This document shows, one piece after another, positions 60,746 through 64,000 of a DNA stretch of 64,000 bases. Below the pieces are notes generated by a model. The model saw nothing but the letters and a program-made list of their open reading frames with translations. It was not told the DNA's origin and did not search any database. The stretch is from a virus. The translations under genes were made by a program, and so were the position numbers. Within the stretch, counting starts at the first letter, position 1. The number at the start of each line of letters is the position of its first letter. Location: positions 1 to 64,000 of IMG/VR virus record IMGVR_UViG_3300005683_000016, one strand, 5' to 3'.

Positions 60746-62890
60746 CTATTTTACAAAGGGAGATCTTACTCTTTTAAATTGAGTAGGTACTTTAGATCTA
60801 AAAGCACTTGGTAATTTGGTACTAATACTTTTAGGTGTATCTTTAAAAGGATTTTTAACTCCTGTTATAATGTGACGATTGGTATCTGATTGTACTGCTA
60901 TAATTGCCAAAAGAGTTGCTACAATTCTATCGGTGTTTAACTTGGGGGTAAATTTGAGCATCTCTTTGATTAACATTGGATCTCTTAGTTTAGACACGTT
61001 GTAAATGTCGTGAGATTCTCCTGTTTCCATATCAAAAGCAGTAGATATAGGAGTTTGTAACCAAGCAATTAATTTCTCTAAGGCCCTTTGTTTAAAGTTT
61101 GCTTCCATTCGTACTCCTATCTCATCTCTAATCGTAGTGTTGGGACTTAACTCGTTAATTACTGTAAGTTCTCTTCTTCTCATTAAAAATCTGGATTTAC
61201 CTTGTCTGATCATCCATTCAGTAAAGTCTTTAACGTTAGATTCTACTGCTGTTCGAGCGTTGTACCATTCAATAATTAGGGAGCATTGTTCGTAGGTATC
61301 TCTTACGTTTTTATGTCTTCCTATATACTGACATACGGGGTAGGGTTCTACTATTTTACCGTCTCTTTCGTGAGTTCCTATCCAAACAGTTATTGCCATC
61401 AAAGAACCTGACGTTGAAGTATCTAAGTTATAAATAGGGTCTACTCCTGCATAATAAAGACCAAAGGGAGGTTTATCTATTGGAAATTCATAGACTATAA
61501 TTGCTCCCCTATTATCTTCGTTGGGGTTGGGTTTTAGTTTCTGAATGGGTACATTATCAGAAAACTTGTGGATTATTTTTCCATGAAAATCTTTTTCCAA
61601 AGAAACTATGATAGGCTTTTCTCCTATTAGAAGTTGTTCTTGCTTTTTTAAGAGTTCAGTGGGGAAACGATTATCTTCTCGTTGGTCAAAAGCATCTTGT
61701 AAGGTTAAAGGGTGTTGAGACTTGTACATTTTAAGTTCGGCCTCACCCGCTTGTTTTGCTTTTGCTGCTTCTAACTCAATATACTTAAGGGCGAGTTGAA
61801 TATTTGAGTTTCCGTGTTCATCGTAACACTTAACAATCTCTCCAGTTTCTTCATTCTTATAAGTGTAATTCCAGTAATCAGGATAAAAAAAAGCAACAGG
61901 TTCTAAAGTACCTGAGAAAGTATCTTGTACAGGTCTAATATTATACGCAGTAGGGTTGAAACAGAAGTCTTGTAAATCAGCAGCATCTCGTAGTTCACCT
62001 ACACTACCCATTGCAATAAACATCCCTGTTTTTACACCACCCATTTTTAAGTTATCTTTTACATATCCAAAAACTTTTTTAAGGTTATTATAGATACCTG
62101 CTTCAGTAGCATAAATATATCTGGCAGCACCACCCACAGATTTTGCAATATTCTTTTTAGTAGTTGCTCCTTTAATACGAGTTTTATTTCCTTTAAAAAA
62201 GGCTCTTTTATTTATTGTTCCTTCAGTGACTAAAACTTTTTGTTCCCAATTTAAAGACTCATTAGGTGTAAACTGACGATACCAACCTGTGTTTGAGTTT
62301 AACCAATCTCTGTATCCTTCCATAATAGCCCACTCCATTAACACGTATTCTTCTTCCATCCCTACTATTTTTGTAGTACTTTTTTTACCAAACCATACCT
62401 CTTTGGTTAAAAGCGCCATTAAAAATAGTGAAATCCCGCGCTGACGACATTTTGTACCAGCAGCGTCTTGATCTTCTAATTCGCACAAATCTAAATATAA
62501 TGCAAGATGGTATTGTCCATCAAACAAATCAGGAAATGTTTCACACATTTCTAACTTGTTATAGATAGGAGTATAATTAATAAACCAATAATAACTTCCG
62601 GGTATAAATACTCCATCTACAATAATTCCCTGCTCACACTTTCTCCTTTCTATTAACCAAAAATCTTTATATTCTTTGGACTTTTGGTGATAAGGAGTAT
62701 ACCGTTTTTCTTTTTTATAATAAAGAGCAGGTTGTCTCCAATTTTCTGTTCCGGTAAAATTGTATTCTCCGGGTAATTTCCAGTTAGATTTGACAAAAGC
62801 GAGGTAAGTTTGATAAGTTTCAAACCTTCTTTTTGTCCATTCTTTTGTTTTAGAATCGTATTCTAATATAGATTTTGGTTTCCAGATCAT
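60746..62890 (-). CDS. terL: Terminase large subunit
   Basis: Walker A-like KCRQRGIS, Walker B-like YIYATEAG, RNase H-like YAGVDP, VESN and NTDRIVA. Confidence 0.9.
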   Translation of the reverse strand: MIWKPKSILEYDSKTKEWTKRRFETYQTYLAFVKSNWKLPGEYNFTGTENWRQPALYYKKEKRYTPYHQKSKEYKDFWLIERRKCEQGIIVDGVFIPGSYYWFINYTPIYNKLEMCETFPDLFDGQYHLALYLDLCELEDQDAAGTKCRQRGISLFLMALLTKEVWFGKKSTTKIVGMEEEYVLMEWAIMEGYRDWLNSNTGWYRQFTPNESLNWEQKVLVTEGTINKRAFFKGNKTRIKGATTKKNIAKSVGGAARYIYATEAGIYNNLKKVFGYVKDNLKMGGVKTGMFIAMGSVGELRDAADLQDFCFNPTAYNIRPVQDTFSGTLEPVAFFYPDYWNYTYKNEETGEIVKCYDEHGNSNIQLALKYIELEAAKAKQAGEAELKMYKSQHPLTLQDAFDQREDNRFPTELLKKQEQLLIGEKPIIVSLEKDFHGKIIHKFSDNVPIQKLKPNPNEDNRGAIIVYEFPIDKPPFGLYYAGVDPIYNLDTSTSGSLMAITVWIGTHERDGKIVEPYPVCQYIGRHKNVRDTYEQCSLIIEWYNARTAVESNVKDFTEWMIRQGKSRFLMRRRELTVINELSPNTTIRDEIGVRMEANFKQRALEKLIAWLQTPISTAFDMETGESHDIYNVSKLRDPMLIKEMLKFTPKLNTDRIVATLLAIIAVQSDTNRHIITGVKNPFKDTPKSISTKLPSAFRSKVPTQFKRVRSPFVK

Positions 62891-63666
62891 TTATATTTCC
62901 ATTTAAATCCCGCTGATTTATGCGTTTTACCTCTGAGACAAGATATTACAGAAGTCTTACTTACTCCACAAAATTCAGCAGCATCTTTTATACAATTCCA
63001 CTCCTTAATAAAGTTTCCATCTAAATCATATTGTAATATAGACTTAGAGTGTTTACTACTACCTCTTGAAGGCCACGTTCCAGGACGTTTGTAGGATTCA
63101 ATTTGTAGTCCTTTATATTCAAAAAACCACATCGTATTTTTAAATTTCTTTAAATGTCCTTTTAAACATTTTCGTAAAGTATTATACGGTATTCCTGTGC
63201 CTTCGGAAGCAAGAATAATTGAATCCCATTTCTTTATAAAATCTCCCTGAGTAGAATATTCAAATACACATTTTACAGTATGATGATTACTTCTACCTTT
63301 ACTTTTAAAAAACTCTTTTATTTTTTCTACTCTTTGACTTTTAACTTTATCTGGTAGTTTAAATCCAGACGTTCCTCCCGGAACTACGTTATATCCATGT
63401 GTAACACTTTGATAATAATTTATCCAAAAAATTTCTCGTTTGTTCAAATTTTTCGCAGAACAATACTCTATAACATAGAAGAATAAATTTTCTTTTCCAT
63501 ATTTATTATATGCTCTTTGTAGTTTAGTGCAATTACTTTGATTTTTACTAAGATCTCTATAATGACTATTTTTTCTTGTTTGTAAATTTGTAGTTAACCC
63601 TATATATCGCTTTCCGTTAACTATATTAAATATACAGTATATTCCTGATTTATTTGTTAATTTCAT
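62887..63666 (-). mobile_element. Free-standing GIY-YIG homing endonuclease with two NUMOD1 repeats
   Basis: SGIYCIFNIVNGKRYIG; QYDLDGNFIKEW...AA...GFKWKY; ATGA overlap with terL. Confidence 0.9.
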
Positions 63667-63676
63667 ATTTTAATGA

Positions 63677-64000
63677 TTAATCGTCATAATCGCTTTCATA
63701 ATCTTCATCTACTGCGTTTTGAGCATCTCCTCTGTTTCTTTGAAGTTCTTGCTTGTAAGCATTTTCTGCTTCTTGATAAGCCTTGAGAATTTGAGGTAAA
63801 GATTTAATAGTCTGGACTATCTGAGATAAGTTGCCGTCTCTACCATCAGAGATTTCAGTCTCACTTAAGAAGGACGAGATGTTTTCTACTGCTCTCTTTG
63901 CTCCTGCGAGAATCTTTCTTAAGGGAGAAAAGTAAAGACGTTCTGCTTTATCTATAGCCTCAGACATTTCAATAGACTGGAGATACTTTTGTACAGGAAA
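63677..64000 (-). CDS. Conserved protein upstream of terL (5'-truncated; possible small terminase)
   Basis: The frame stays open to the window edge upstream of Met 63967; ISDGRDGN...RG motif. Confidence 0.6.
   Translation of the reverse strand, partial: FPVQKYLQSIEMSEAIDKAERLYFSPLRKILAGAKRAVENISSFLSETEISDGRDGNLSQIVQTIKSLPQILKAYQEAENAYKQELQRNRGDAQNAVDEDYESDYDD

Noticed and set aside
23862-63666. Group I introns around the homing endonucleases
   Set aside because: The flanking spacers are only a few nucleotides or the genes overlap, leaving no evident room for a ribozyme core. No core elements were recognised, and the neighbouring genes appear complete.
1-64000. Stop-codon reassignment (TAG/TGA), as in some crAss-like phages
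   Set aside because: Genes up to 10 kb are uninterrupted in the standard code, and TAG terminates several genes (terL, portal, 33816, 32181).
1-64000. tRNA or rRNA genes
   Set aside because: Intergenic gaps are short and AT-rich, and no cloverleaf or rRNA-like sequence was recognised by eye. tRNAscan-SE or Infernal would confirm.

Overview
A 64-kb, AT-rich segment of a crAss-like (Crassvirales-type) podophage, probably infecting a Bacteroidota host. All real genes lie on the minus strand and use the standard genetic code. Read right to left, the window holds: packaging and head genes (terminase, portal, scaffold-like protein, major capsid protein, capsid-associated proteins); a fibre cluster, including a ~3,476-aa repeat protein and a GH54/ConA-like protein that both carry Sec-type signal peptides; a metallophosphoesterase and an IHF-like protein; tail ring and muzzle proteins; a ferritin; Cys-free ejected cargo proteins; a ~3,456-aa virion RNA polymerase with polyvalent accessory domains; an amidase endolysin; small fibre genes; and the start of another giant protein (missed by the ORF track) with zincin-like and ART-like domains. 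Four free-standing homing endonucleases are interspersed. The most unusual signals are: (1) a +1-frame overprinted gene conserved inside two paralogous domains of the giant proteins; (2) terminal-only cysteines on consecutive giant cargo proteins, with a stand-alone degenerate Hint gene between two of them; (3) two homing endonucleases of different families that each end with a duplicate of the upstream gene's C-terminus; (4) signal-peptide-bearing fibre proteins in the virion module. All family assignments come from motif recognition and gene order, not database searches.
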